Source: Candidatus Fraserbacteria bacterium
GTDB lineage: Bacteria > Bipolaricaulota > Bipolaricaulia > RBG-16-55-9
DNA: 60,161 nucleotides
Direction: 5' to 3'
Assembly (NCBI GenBank): GCA_037442925.1
Contig: JBBIPG010000005.1
Span: 1 to 60,161, forward strand
The first letter of the stretch is position 1; every line of letters starts with the position of its first letter. This document shows positions 36,370 through 46,258 of this stretch, piece by piece. The notes beneath the pieces were generated by a model. The model was given only the letters and a program-made list of their open reading frames with translations. It was not told where the DNA came from and made no database searches. A program made the translations under genes and the position numbers.

Positions 36370-37515
36370 TCATATCTCCATCTGCTTGGCGATGATCTCG
36401 TACATGATCTCTGTCGTGCCTCCACCGATCTTCCAGAGGCGAATGTCCCGGTAGAAACGAGCAATGTCGTATTCTTCAATGTAACCGTAGCCCCCGTGAA
36501 TCTGAAGACACTCATCGGCTACTTCATTGGCTACGTCAGCGCAGAAGGCCTTGCACATGGCGATGGCCATCGTCCAGTCTTGACCCCGATCATACAGCTG
36601 CGCGGCATAGTACGTGAGCTGACGCGCGGCCTCAAGCTTGGTCTGCAAGCGGGCGAGCTTGTGCCGGATCACTTGATATTCCGAGAGTTTGTGGCAGAAG
36701 GCTTCACGATCTTGGGCGTACTGGACGGCATCTTCGAGCGCCTGCTGAGCAGAAGATGTCATCGCAACACAGGCCACAAAACGCTCGTTCTGCAAGCTCT
36801 CCATCATGTAATAAAAGCCCTGATTCTCTTCGCCGATCAGATTCTCCGCTGGCACGGGCGTATTCTGAAATGTCAGCTCGCCCGTGTCAGAGGCGTGCAT
36901 GCCCAGCTTCTTCTTCATGGGTTCGATGATGAATCCAGGCGAGCCCCGCTCGACGATGAACATGCTGATGCCCTTCTTGCCCTTCGCCGGATCCGTCTTG
37001 GCGGAGACGAAGAATAGATCTGCGTTCAGAGCGTTCGTGATGAAGGTCTTGCTGCCGTTCAGAATGTATTTGTTCCCTTGGCGCTTTGCCGTGGTCTTCA
37101 TATTGGCAAGATCCGAGCCACCGCCAGGTTCGGTGAGCACAATCGCCCCGATCTTTTTGCCCTGGATCATCGCAGGCAGGTACTTGCGCCTGAGCTGCTC
37201 GTTGCCGTGCTTGGCTAGATAGGGGGAAGACATATCTGTATGAGCGAGCACGCTCATGGTGAGTCCCCGCGAGCGGCAGCGCCCCAACTCCTCACAGAAC
37301 ACCACGGTCGTCCAGATGTCGGCCCCCGCGCCGCCGTATTCCGTCGGGTAGCGAATTCCTAGCACTCCCAACTCTCCCAATTGCTCATAAATCTCTTTGG
37401 GGAAGCGACCGGCGGCCTCCCATTCATCCACGTGAGGATTGAGTTCTTCATCGACGAATTTTCGTACTGTGCGGCGGAAGATGCGATGCTCTTCAGAGAA
37501 GAACGGAGATTCCAT
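36370..37515 (-). CDS. Acyl-CoA dehydrogenase
   Basis: TEPGGGSD, NGSKTFITN, QIHGGYGY, IGGGTTEI. Confidence 0.93.
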   Translation of the reverse strand: MESPFFSEEHRIFRRTVRKFVDEELNPHVDEWEAAGRFPKEIYEQLGELGVLGIRYPTEYGGAGADIWTTVVFCEELGRCRSRGLTMSVLAHTDMSSPYLAKHGNEQLRRKYLPAMIQGKKIGAIVLTEPGGGSDLANMKTTAKRQGNKYILNGSKTFITNALNADLFFVSAKTDPAKGKKGISMFIVERGSPGFIIEPMKKKLGMHASDTGELTFQNTPVPAENLIGEENQGFYYMMESLQNERFVACVAMTSSAQQALEDAVQYAQDREAFCHKLSEYQVIRHKLARLQTKLEAARQLTYYAAQLYDRGQDWTMAIAMCKAFCADVANEVADECLQIHGGYGYIEEYDIARFYRDIRLWKIGGGTTEIMYEIIAKQMEI

Positions 37516-37593
37516 GTGAGTTTGGGCCTCCCATTCGTGGCTCTTATAGAATAGATCTTAGCGTAGCGCGCGGTGCGCTTCAAATGATTCGGA

Positions 37594-38223
37594 TCAAGCG
37601 AGTGGCAGCAGCACGAAGATCGTCACGCTCCAGAGTGCGTGAGAGATAATGACGGGAACGAGGCTGCGTTCCACAAGATAGATCCAACCCCAGATTAGCC
37701 CAGCGGTAAACGCGGCCAGCAGCAGAGAGGTATTGAGCGTCCAGATGTGAACCAAAGCGTAGCCAACAGCAGCCAGTAGAAGTCCGCTCATGGGGCCAAT
37801 GCGCTGGACGAGGACGCGCTGCAGTAGCCCTCGCCAATAGATCTCTTCCGCTGGCCCGGTGACTAAAAGCAAGAGGGGAGCAATCAGCCACGGCGATAGA
37901 ACTTCGCGCCGAGCGTACAAGGAGCCGATCTCGCTGGGTGCTGCGGCATACAGGCTGGTCAAGATCCATTTGCCCAGCCAGAAGATCCCGTACAAGATGA
38001 CTGCCGAAGCGATTCCCAAACTGATATGGCGCTTCTTGATGTGCAGCAGTTGCTCACGAACGGCTCCCATCATCCAGAGCGAGATGATCCCCAAGATCGC
38101 AGCAGAAACCGCGATCTTGACCCAGAAATTCCCTGTATCTACAGCGAACGTTCCATACCAGAGGACAAACGCCAGCGGCAAGCTCACAGCTACGGCCACC
38201 AGTTCGGCTCTTTCTTTGTTCAT
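37594..38223 (-). CDS. CPBP/Abi (CAAX protease) family intramembrane metalloprotease
   Basis: AEEIYWRG, YALVH, ISHALW; multi-TM. Confidence 0.88.
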   Translation of the reverse strand: MNKERAELVAVAVSLPLAFVLWYGTFAVDTGNFWVKIAVSAAILGIISLWMMGAVREQLLHIKKRHISLGIASAVILYGIFWLGKWILTSLYAAAPSEIGSLYARREVLSPWLIAPLLLLVTGPAEEIYWRGLLQRVLVQRIGPMSGLLLAAVGYALVHIWTLNTSLLLAAFTAGLIWGWIYLVERSLVPVIISHALWSVTIFVLLPLA

Positions 38224-39149
38224 TGCCCCAGCGGGACGAAATGTCCCAGAAGTAAGGAGAGGATGAGCAGAAACCCGAAGCGGGTAGAGAGCTGCGCTGT
38301 TCGGGGATCTGCGTCAGGCGGGATCTCTGGAGCGCTTTGAAATGCTCGAATCAAGTTCCACGCCATGGGAAGAGAGACAAAGACGATCAGGCTCCAGATG
38401 GGCACCACGTTCAAGATGATGGCGACGGCCGTTAGGGCATAGATCAAGCCGATCAGCAACGTATAAAGCCGTAGTGTTCCCTTTCGCCCCAGAAGCGTAC
38501 CGAGAGTCCTTCCGGTCTGTCGATCGTAGTCGATGTCTTTGAGGTTATTGGCAAGAAGCACAAGGGCCACCCAAAGTCCGATGGGGATCGAGATCCAGAT
38601 CACGGAATCGGCGCCAGCCCACTTGCCCGTTTGGACATAGTAGGCTCCCAACATCATGAGGGGTCCCCACATCAAGAAGACAGAGATTTCGCCCAGAGCA
38701 AGATGCTTATATTTGATCGGCCCGGCGGTGTAGAAGAAGCTCGCCAAGCCTCCCAGAAGAGCGATGAGCGCGATCGGCCAATCTCTTAACCAGACAAGAT
38801 ACAGCCCGATCAATGCTGCTAGCCCATACAAGATGAATACAATGAACAGCGCCTGGGCAGGACTAAATGCCCCTGTCAAAAGCGGATGAGGGCGATAGCG
38901 TGCCGTGGGTGCATCCGGGCGATCGACACCGTGGCGCACGTCAAAGTAATCATTGATCAAGTTTGTGGCCGCATGAACCAGGATCATGCCTACGAGCACC
39001 AGAAGATAGAGTCCCCCGTGGAAGATCGGCAGTGCCATCAAGCTGGCGACAGTCACCGAAACAGTCGTCATGGTAAACGACCACGGACGAACCGCCAACA
39101 GAGCGGTGCGCACATCCAGCCTTGTGTGAGTTCGTCCTTGTGGATTCAT
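38220..39149 (-). CDS. menA: UbiA-family prenyltransferase, MenA-like
   Basis: RPWSF, NLINDYFD..GVD, YTAGP, LGE, ANNLKDIDYD. Confidence 0.85.
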   Translation of the reverse strand: MNPQGRTHTRLDVRTALLAVRPWSFTMTTVSVTVASLMALPIFHGGLYLLVLVGMILVHAATNLINDYFDVRHGVDRPDAPTARYRPHPLLTGAFSPAQALFIVFILYGLAALIGLYLVWLRDWPIALIALLGGLASFFYTAGPIKYKHLALGEISVFLMWGPLMMLGAYYVQTGKWAGADSVIWISIPIGLWVALVLLANNLKDIDYDRQTGRTLGTLLGRKGTLRLYTLLIGLIYALTAVAIILNVVPIWSLIVFVSLPMAWNLIRAFQSAPEIPPDADPRTAQLSTRFGFLLILSLLLGHFVPLGQ

Positions 39150-39260
39150 AGATGTCCGGCTTGTCTATTTATATGTCATGGATGCCTTGGGCGTCAATTG
39201 CGTTGGAGGCGTTTTGCACGTCCTTGGAGCGGCTGAGTACAATGAGGCTTACGGAAATCT

Positions 39261-39893
39261 ATGGCGAAAAGAACGAATCGTAGACGATCAGCAGTGCGTC
39301 CACAACAGGTGAGGCGTTGGCTCAAGCGGTTGGCCATTCTGCTCGTCGTGGCAGCCATCGGATATGGGCTCCTTTCGCTTTTGGGAGCTTGGGTAAATAG
39401 ACCCGGCTATGCTGTGCCGGATCAGGGCCGGGGACACAAAGAAGATACCAATTGTACGTATCGACCCAATAGCTCACCCCCCACATCCGGGTGCCACTCT
39501 CGCGGCCAAGCCGCCTATGGAGTTCATGAAGAGCCCATCCCAGGTGAGCTCCAAGTGCATAATCTGGAGCATGGAGCTGTGATCATCCAGTACCGTCCTT
39601 CGGGCATCATTGGTGTAGGCGATGCGTTGGCGGAGGATCTGAGGAGCCTAGTGAATCACATGAGAGGCCAAGATCAGCGGTACTGCCGCTTGATCGTGGC
39701 ACCGTATCCCATCCCATTCGCGCAGCCCAACCGTCCTGCGGAGGAGAGCGCTCAAAAGGTGATCGCGCTCACCGCCTGGGGTCGGATCGATCTGCTTGAG
39801 GAATACGATGAGGCACGCATCCGGAAATTCATTGATGCCTTCATCAATCGCGGTCCGGAGTCAGGGCAATTATCGGCAGCGGAGTGCCAATGA
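39261..39893 (+). CDS. DUF3105-like membrane-anchored protein
   Basis: PPTSGCH, VHNLEHGAVIIQY, IALTAWG. Confidence 0.82.
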   Translation: MAKRTNRRRSAVRPQQVRRWLKRLAILLVVAAIGYGLLSLLGAWVNRPGYAVPDQGRGHKEDTNCTYRPNSSPPTSGCHSRGQAAYGVHEEPIPGELQVHNLEHGAVIIQYRPSGIIGVGDALAEDLRSLVNHMRGQDQRYCRLIVAPYPIPFAQPNRPAEESAQKVIALTAWGRIDLLEEYDEARIRKFIDAFINRGPESGQLSAAECQ

Positions 39894-40864
39894 GACAACT
39901 CATCGCAGCAGGAGCAGCTTATCTCCAATCGGACCTGGACGAGGTTGAGCGCAAACTCCGAGAGCTGCTTCACTCGGAGATCCCCACGGTGACGGATCTG
40001 GGACGATACCTTCTGGGCACCGGTGGTAAACGCTTTCGACCCGCGCTCACACTACTTTTCTACAAGCTCCTGGGCAGTCGCGGCGCGTATCCAGCTGTGA
40101 TCGAGTTGGCAGCGGTAATGGAGATGATCCACCTGGCAACGCTGGCCCATGATGATGTGATCGATCAATCCCCGTCGCGTCGGAATAGCCCGGCTCTCTG
40201 GAAGCGTGTGAACAATCAATCGGCTGTGCTGGAAGGGGATTTCATCTTCTCCCGCGCCTTTCGGCTGCTCAACCCACATCCCTTTGAAGTAAGATCGCTC
40301 GTCATTGAAGCTGTGGAGCACGTGCTCGAGGGAGAACTGCTGCAAGAGAGCTTGCGCTGGCAGCTACCCAGCATGACGGAATACCATCGCGTGATCGAGC
40401 GCAAGACGGCTGCGCTGATCAGCGCCTCCTGCACCATCGGAGCCATGGTGGGAAATCCCGATCTTGCCCAGGCACAACGGGAGTCGATTCAGAGAGCGGG
40501 GCTGCTTTTGGGCAGAGCCTATCAGATGGTCGATGATCTTTTGGATGTCTTTGGAGATGAAGCATTGGGCAAGCCCACCTGGACGGATCCGAAGGGAGGC
40601 TGGTTCACGTGGCCTCATATTCGCCTGGTCGAACAGTCCCAAGATCCTCGCATTCTCGAAGTTCTTCAGCAGAGGGAACTTACAGATTCGGACAGGCGTT
40701 TTCTTCTGGAGCAGATGGCACACCATGAGATTCGCGAGCAGTTCATGGCCCAAGCGCAGCGCGTGATCGAACAAGCCAAAGAGCTCCTCCGTTGGATTGC
40801 CAATTCCGATCTTAAGGAGCTGTTACTCGACAGCTTCGATTTCGTCGTGGCACGCCAGAGCTAG
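39890..40864 (+). CDS. Polyprenyl diphosphate synthase
   Basis: GGKRFRP, HDDVID..RR, KTA, YQMVDDLLD. Confidence 0.92.
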   Translation: MRQLIAAGAAYLQSDLDEVERKLRELLHSEIPTVTDLGRYLLGTGGKRFRPALTLLFYKLLGSRGAYPAVIELAAVMEMIHLATLAHDDVIDQSPSRRNSPALWKRVNNQSAVLEGDFIFSRAFRLLNPHPFEVRSLVIEAVEHVLEGELLQESLRWQLPSMTEYHRVIERKTAALISASCTIGAMVGNPDLAQAQRESIQRAGLLLGRAYQMVDDLLDVFGDEALGKPTWTDPKGGWFTWPHIRLVEQSQDPRILEVLQQRELTDSDRRFLLEQMAHHEIREQFMAQAQRVIEQAKELLRWIANSDLKELLLDSFDFVVARQS

Positions 40865-40884
40865 GAGCGAAAGAGGGGGTTCAC

Positions 40885-41151
40885 ATGGAGATCCTCAAGG
40901 TAGCCGCCACGTCCGACGTCAACTCCGTCGCCCGCGCGATCATGGGCGCGTTGGGCAAAGCCCAGCTGGTGGAGGCGCATGCGATCGGGGCCGGAGCCGT
41001 CAATCAAGCCGTGAAGGCTGTGGCCATTGCCCGGCGTAACTTCGCGCGCCGCGGCCAAGAACTCGTCATGACCCCGGGCTTCATCGAAGTCGAGGTCGAT
41101 GGCCAAGAGCGGACAGGCGTCCGCCTGATCATCGAGTGCCGGCCAGCATGA
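40885..41151 (+). CDS. spoVS: SpoVS family protein
   Basis: ILKVA..S...VA.AI, AIGAGAVNQAVKAVAIAR. Confidence 0.92.
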   Translation: MEILKVAATSDVNSVARAIMGALGKAQLVEAHAIGAGAVNQAVKAVAIARRNFARRGQELVMTPGFIEVEVDGQERTGVRLIIECRPA

Positions 41152-42860
41152 ATCCTGCCGTACGGGAGATCGCAGAGCAGGCGGGTGCTGAGCTCGGTCT
41201 ACCTGCTCAGGACGTCTTCCCGCTGATCACTCACCCGCCCGATGAGACTCTCGGCGACTATGCTCTGCCCTGCTTTGCCTTGGCACAGAGGCTGAAGCGT
41301 TCTCCGGTAGAGATTGCTAAGGAATTGGCGAACGCGCTTCGCGGGTCGCACATCGCGCGTGCGCAAGCGGCAGGCCCTTATGTGAATATCACCGTCAACC
41401 GCGCGGAGCTGCTGCGACACATTCTCGGTACCGTTCTCACGCAAGGTGAGAACTATGGGCGAGGATCCGAGGGAAGAGGCAAGACCATTGTGATTGATTA
41501 CTCTTCCCCCAACATCGCCCGCCCGTTCAGTATTGCACATCTGCGCTCCACGGCTCTGGGGAACTCGCTGAGAAGAATCTATGAGCATCTGGGCTATCGG
41601 GTGGTGGGCGTGAATCATCTGGGTGATTGGGGGGTACAGTTTGGCACGTTGATTGCGGCGTACAAGCGCTGGGGCTCCAAAGAGAAAGTCCAGAGGGATT
41701 CGATCTATGAGCTCTTTCGGTTGTACGTGCGTTTCAATGAGGAATCCGAGCGTGACCCCGCGTTACGGGAAGAAGCGCGCGCTTGGTTCAAGCGCCTCGA
41801 AGAGGGCAATCCAGAGGCATCGCAGCTCTGGCAATGGTTCGTGGAGGAGAGCCTGCGGGCCTTTCAGCACTATTATGATATTCTAGGAGTTGAGTTCACA
41901 GAGATCCGTGGCGAGAGCGCCTATCGCCATGAGACCGCTTCTCTCATCGATGAACTCCTGAAGCGAGGCATTGCGAAGGAGAGCGAAGGAGCCATCGTCA
42001 TTCCCCTGGTGGAAGATCATCAGGAATTGCCGCCTCTCATGCTGCGTAAGAACGATGGAGCCACCGTCTATGCCACGCGGGATCTGTGCGCTGCGATCTA
42101 CCATCGGGAGAGATACGGCTTCACCAAAAAGCTGTACGTAGTGGGGGCAGAGCAGTCGCTTCACTTTCAGCAGCTCATCAAAGCCTTAGAGCGTATGGGT
42201 TATCCGTGGGCGCGTGGCTTGGTGCATGTGCCTTTCGGTATGGTGCTCTTCGATGATGAGAAGATGGCCACGCGTCGAGGCAATGTGGTCTTTCTGGAGG
42301 AAGTGATCAAAAGAGCCACAGAACTCAGCCGTTCCATCATTGAGAACATCAAAAAGACCTCAGAGCTAACGGAAGCAGAGAAAGAGCAGGTAGCGCAGGA
42401 CGTCGGCATCAGCGCTGTCATCTATGCCGATCTCAGCCGCTCCCGCACGCACAACATCAACTTCCGCTGGGAGGAAGTGCTTAACTTCCATGGTCAGAGC
42501 GGACCCTATATTCAATACACACACGCGCGACTGGCAGGCGTGCTACGTAAGTATGGAAAGAACATTCCGACGGAACCTGAGTATTCTTTGCTCACTCAGC
42601 CTCAAGAGATTGCCCTGGCGAGACGGCTGGAGCATTTCCCCACGAAAGTTCAGCAAGCTGCAGAGGAATACGAGCCCTTTGTGATTGCCAGCTACTTGGC
42701 GGATCTGGCGGTCTGCGCCAATCAGTTCTATGACACCTGCCGAGTGCTGGGAGAAGAGTTGTCGCTGGAAGAAGCTCGTATTGCACTCGTCTATGCGACG
42801 AAGATCACGCTGAAGAAGGGGTTGGAGCTTCTGGGCATGAAGGCCCCGGAGCGCATGTGA
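41148..42860 (+). CDS. argS: Arginine--tRNA ligase
   Basis: DYSSPNIA, HLRST, NHLGDWG, KMATRRG, YIQYTHAR, C-terminal PERM. Confidence 0.96.
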   Translation: MNPAVREIAEQAGAELGLPAQDVFPLITHPPDETLGDYALPCFALAQRLKRSPVEIAKELANALRGSHIARAQAAGPYVNITVNRAELLRHILGTVLTQGENYGRGSEGRGKTIVIDYSSPNIARPFSIAHLRSTALGNSLRRIYEHLGYRVVGVNHLGDWGVQFGTLIAAYKRWGSKEKVQRDSIYELFRLYVRFNEESERDPALREEARAWFKRLEEGNPEASQLWQWFVEESLRAFQHYYDILGVEFTEIRGESAYRHETASLIDELLKRGIAKESEGAIVIPLVEDHQELPPLMLRKNDGATVYATRDLCAAIYHRERYGFTKKLYVVGAEQSLHFQQLIKALERMGYPWARGLVHVPFGMVLFDDEKMATRRGNVVFLEEVIKRATELSRSIIENIKKTSELTEAEKEQVAQDVGISAVIYADLSRSRTHNINFRWEEVLNFHGQSGPYIQYTHARLAGVLRKYGKNIPTEPEYSLLTQPQEIALARRLEHFPTKVQQAAEEYEPFVIASYLADLAVCANQFYDTCRVLGEELSLEEARIALVYATKITLKKGLELLGMKAPERM

Positions 42861-43777
42861 TGGGCTGGCTGGATCGCTTAAAGCGTGGCCTCAAGAAGAC
42901 GCACGATCGCCTCGTCGATCAGATTCGCGCTGTCATAACCGGGCACCGCCGCATTGACGAAGAATTGCTTCAAGAACTCGAAGAGATTCTGATCAGCGCG
43001 GATCTGGGTGTGGAGACGACACTGGAAATCATCGAGCAACTCAAGCTACGCCATCGCGAGGCGAAGGCCGACGAGACGGAGCAGATCTACCCGTGGCTAA
43101 GAGAAGCTCTATCGCAATGCTTGGTACCCATGGAAGCCCCATTGAAGTTGCGTTCAGATGGACAGCCCACAGTCATTCTCGTGCTCGGAGTCAATGGCTC
43201 CGGCAAGACGACGAGCATTGCCAAGCTGGCGCAGCATCTTCGTGAAGAAGGCCAAGACAAGATTGTGATTGCCGCTGGAGACACGTTTCGTGCGGCGGCC
43301 ATAGAGCAGTTGGAGGTCTGGTCCCAACGCGTGGGGGCAAGACTCATCCGACATCAAGCAGGCGCCGATCCGGGAGCCGTCGCGTTCGATGCTACAGACT
43401 ATGCTCTCAAGAACGGCCAGCATGTGTTGCTCATTGATACAGCCGGGCGCCTCCAGACCAAGCACAACTTGATGGAAGAGCTCAAGAAGATCCAGCGCGT
43501 TGTCGAGAAGCGGTTGGGACGCGAGATCGATGAGAGATTATTGGTGCTGGATGCAACGATTGGTCAGAATGCGATCTCCCAAGCGCGACTCTTTAACGAG
43601 GCCGTACCGCTTACGGGATTGATAGTTACGAAGCTCGATGGCACAGCCAAGGGTGGAGTCATCGTGCCCATTGCCAAAGAGCTGAAGATTCCCATCAAGT
43701 TCATTGGCGTAGGTGAGACGGCGGAAGATCTTAAAGAGTTTAAGAGCCGCGAGTTTGTGGAGGCGTTGTTGGCTTAA
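42860..43777 (+). CDS. ftsY: SRP receptor FtsY
   Basis: GVNGSGKTT, DTFRAAA, DTAGR, TKLDGTAKGG. Confidence 0.97.
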   Translation: MGWLDRLKRGLKKTHDRLVDQIRAVITGHRRIDEELLQELEEILISADLGVETTLEIIEQLKLRHREAKADETEQIYPWLREALSQCLVPMEAPLKLRSDGQPTVILVLGVNGSGKTTSIAKLAQHLREEGQDKIVIAAGDTFRAAAIEQLEVWSQRVGARLIRHQAGADPGAVAFDATDYALKNGQHVLLIDTAGRLQTKHNLMEELKKIQRVVEKRLGREIDERLLVLDATIGQNAISQARLFNEAVPLTGLIVTKLDGTAKGGVIVPIAKELKIPIKFIGVGETAEDLKEFKSREFVEALLA

Positions 43778-43797
43778 CCCAAGATGCTGTAGCAACG

Positions 43798-45012
43798 CTA
43801 GCGACGATTTCTCATTACGAGTATCCGTTTCCAGATTTCCTTGGCCAGTTCACATTTTGAAGCTGGTGGCAGTTTTTCGCTTTTGCCATCCTTGTATACG
43901 AGTGTGACCATGTTTGTATCGCTCTCCGGGCCGATCTCCTCATGAGAAACGTCGTTGGCCACAACCAGATCCAGATGCTTCTCGGTGAGTTTCGTTCGAG
44001 CTTTTTTCAGGAGGTCGTGAGTCTCCGCGGCAAATCCCACGAGCAAGGGCCTCTTGCGCCTGCCCTTGAGCTTCGCTCCCAACTCTTTGAGGATGTCCGG
44101 AGTTCTTTCGAGCAAGAGCGTCATTTCAGAGTGAGTCTGCTTGCTCTCTTTCTGCTGGGTGGGATGCTTGGGACGCCAGTCGGCTACGGCTGCTGCCATG
44201 AGCACAACATCATAGGAAGCAGCTCGCTTCAATACGGCATCATACATCTCTTTTGCGCTTTCAACGCGTATGATCTCGATGCCCGAAGGCAGTGGAAGCT
44301 GAGTGGGACCGCTGATGAGACAGACGTTCTCAGCACCCATGTCCCGAGCCGCTTCGGCCAGCGCATACCCCATCTTGCCGGAAGAACGATTGGTGATGCA
44401 GCGCATGGGATCGATTCGCTCTCGCGTGGGACCGGCTGTCACAAGAACCTTCCTGCCCTTAAGAAGTGAACGGGTCGTCAAGATCTCTTCGATGGCGCTG
44501 ATGATCTTCTCTTCCGAAGGGAAGCGTCCAATGCCTCTACGTCCGCTGGAGAGATGCCCCACTTCGGGCTCAAGAAAGCGATAACCCCAAGCTTCCAATG
44601 CGCGCTTGTTCTGTTGAAAGATCGGATTCTCATACATCTGGGATTCCATGGCGGGCACGAAGAGGACGGGCGCTCGTGTTGCAGCAATTGTTGTCGTGAG
44701 ATAGTCGTCCGCTATCCCGTTGGCGACCTTTCCGATGATGTCATAGGTGGCAGGGATCACGGCGAACAGAGCTGCTTGATATGCCAACTCCACATGGGCC
44801 AGCGGCTCATCCCGAAAGAGATCTGTCAAGACGCGATGACGAGAGAGCGACTCCAGCGTGAGAGGAGTTATAAATTCACAGGCCGCCCGAGTCATAATGA
44901 CATGCACATCCGTTCCGCCCTGCTGGAGTTGGCTCACTACTCCCGCTGCCTTGTAAGCGGCGATGCCTCCACAGATCCCCACAACGATCGTTTTGCTTGA
45001 AAGGATGCTCAT
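43798..45012 (-). CDS. coaBC: Bifunctional CoaBC
   Basis: GGIAAYK, TAGPTRE.IDP.R.ITN.SSGKMG, AAAVAD, GFAAET. Confidence 0.96.
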   Translation of the reverse strand: MSILSSKTIVVGICGGIAAYKAAGVVSQLQQGGTDVHVIMTRAACEFITPLTLESLSRHRVLTDLFRDEPLAHVELAYQAALFAVIPATYDIIGKVANGIADDYLTTTIAATRAPVLFVPAMESQMYENPIFQQNKRALEAWGYRFLEPEVGHLSSGRRGIGRFPSEEKIISAIEEILTTRSLLKGRKVLVTAGPTRERIDPMRCITNRSSGKMGYALAEAARDMGAENVCLISGPTQLPLPSGIEIIRVESAKEMYDAVLKRAASYDVVLMAAAVADWRPKHPTQQKESKQTHSEMTLLLERTPDILKELGAKLKGRRKRPLLVGFAAETHDLLKKARTKLTEKHLDLVVANDVSHEEIGPESDTNMVTLVYKDGKSEKLPPASKCELAKEIWKRILVMRNRR

Positions 45013-45034
45013 GTGCTTGCAACAAGCAAACGAG

Positions 45035-46117
45035 CTAGAATCGCAGCTCTACTCCGAACGTGGGCTGGCTGAAGCCTTCGGGAGTCAGAAGCGTAGAGAA
45101 GGAGAGTAGTCCGGCAAGCGAGGCTTCCAGTTTGAATTCGGGTAGTCCCGCGCCAAAGGTGGCCTGTCCGGTGACGTTGAGCGCTCCTAGCTGTGCCGTG
45201 ATCATCAGGATTTCCTTCTCCAGCCCTTCCCCTTTGGTGAAGGTCGTGGTACTGCTGATGTAGTTGGAACCCAGCCGGAACTTGACCTCAAATTGCCCCT
45301 CAGTGATGCTGAAATCCGCTGGATCGAACTCCGCTTGGCTGGTAATCGTACCGTTGCTGATTTTCACTGTGATCTGATTGATGTCCAACCCGCCGGAAGC
45401 CGGGGTGTCGGTGGCACCTTGAAGCACGGTAGCGACGTTTACATCGGCCAGTTCTCCGTTGATGTTAAAGACCAGTGTGATCTCATCCTGGGTCGTGGGC
45501 AAAGGGACATCCGAAGCCATGAGGTTCTGAGCCAGATACTGCATCAGGTTCGTCATGAAATCGACCTTGGCGGCAAGTGAAGCCACGTCTCCCACGCGCA
45601 GGATCAGCTCCTCTTTCTGACTGGCTGCCTCCAGAAGCTCGGGCGGGTAGGGTCTGCCTTGGGAATCGAGGAGCAACTTCACCAGCGTGCCTTTCCAGTC
45701 GAGATGGCGTGCCAGCACCTCTACACCATCGCTGATCTTGAGGATGAACTCTTGATCGTGTGTGAGGCCCTCACTGTACTGCGCTCGCTCTTCGAAGCGC
45801 ACGAGGTTCGACAGGGTGTGAGAGAAGTGGAAGAGTGACGGCTCGACTGTTACGGCCGTTGACGGCTGTGTTACGGCAAGACAGCGCAGTTCCGCTCCCA
45901 AGTCCTGAGAAGGGAGCAGCAGGGAGTCAAACAAGCGTGGAGCGGGATGATCTCGATAGAGTTGACCGACAGAGACTTTAGGGGCCGTGCAGAGGATCTG
46001 GGGCTCTGGTGGGGAGGCAGACGCATCAAGGGCACTGAAAATCAAAAAGATCCCCGCGATGAGCAAAAGTCCACTTGATCTTATCCGGTTGGCTGCCTCC
46101 TGCTTGGCTGCATCCAT
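45035..46117 (-). CDS. Exported hypothetical protein with beta-rich C-terminus ending in Phe
   Basis: Signal-peptide-like N-terminus; C-terminal TFGVELRF; start uncertain. Confidence 0.65.
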   Translation of the reverse strand: MDAAKQEAANRIRSSGLLLIAGIFLIFSALDASASPPEPQILCTAPKVSVGQLYRDHPAPRLFDSLLLPSQDLGAELRCLAVTQPSTAVTVEPSLFHFSHTLSNLVRFEERAQYSEGLTHDQEFILKISDGVEVLARHLDWKGTLVKLLLDSQGRPYPPELLEAASQKEELILRVGDVASLAAKVDFMTNLMQYLAQNLMASDVPLPTTQDEITLVFNINGELADVNVATVLQGATDTPASGGLDINQITVKISNGTITSQAEFDPADFSITEGQFEVKFRLGSNYISSTTTFTKGEGLEKEILMITAQLGALNVTGQATFGAGLPEFKLEASLAGLLSFSTLLTPEGFSQPTFGVELRF

Positions 46118-46258
46118 CTCCTTCACCTGCCCGACGCATGAAGTGTAGCACTTCCCGCCAGAGGATGTCAAGGTAGCACGTTACATTCATGCGATGATTG
46201 ACTTTCTCAAGGGGTCATTCTACACTGGACGGGAAGGATTTGGACACGAGGAAACCAG

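Noticed and set aside
40885-41151. spoVS as evidence of sporulation
   Set aside because: SpoVS is widespread in non-sporulating bacteria and no other sporulation genes are present
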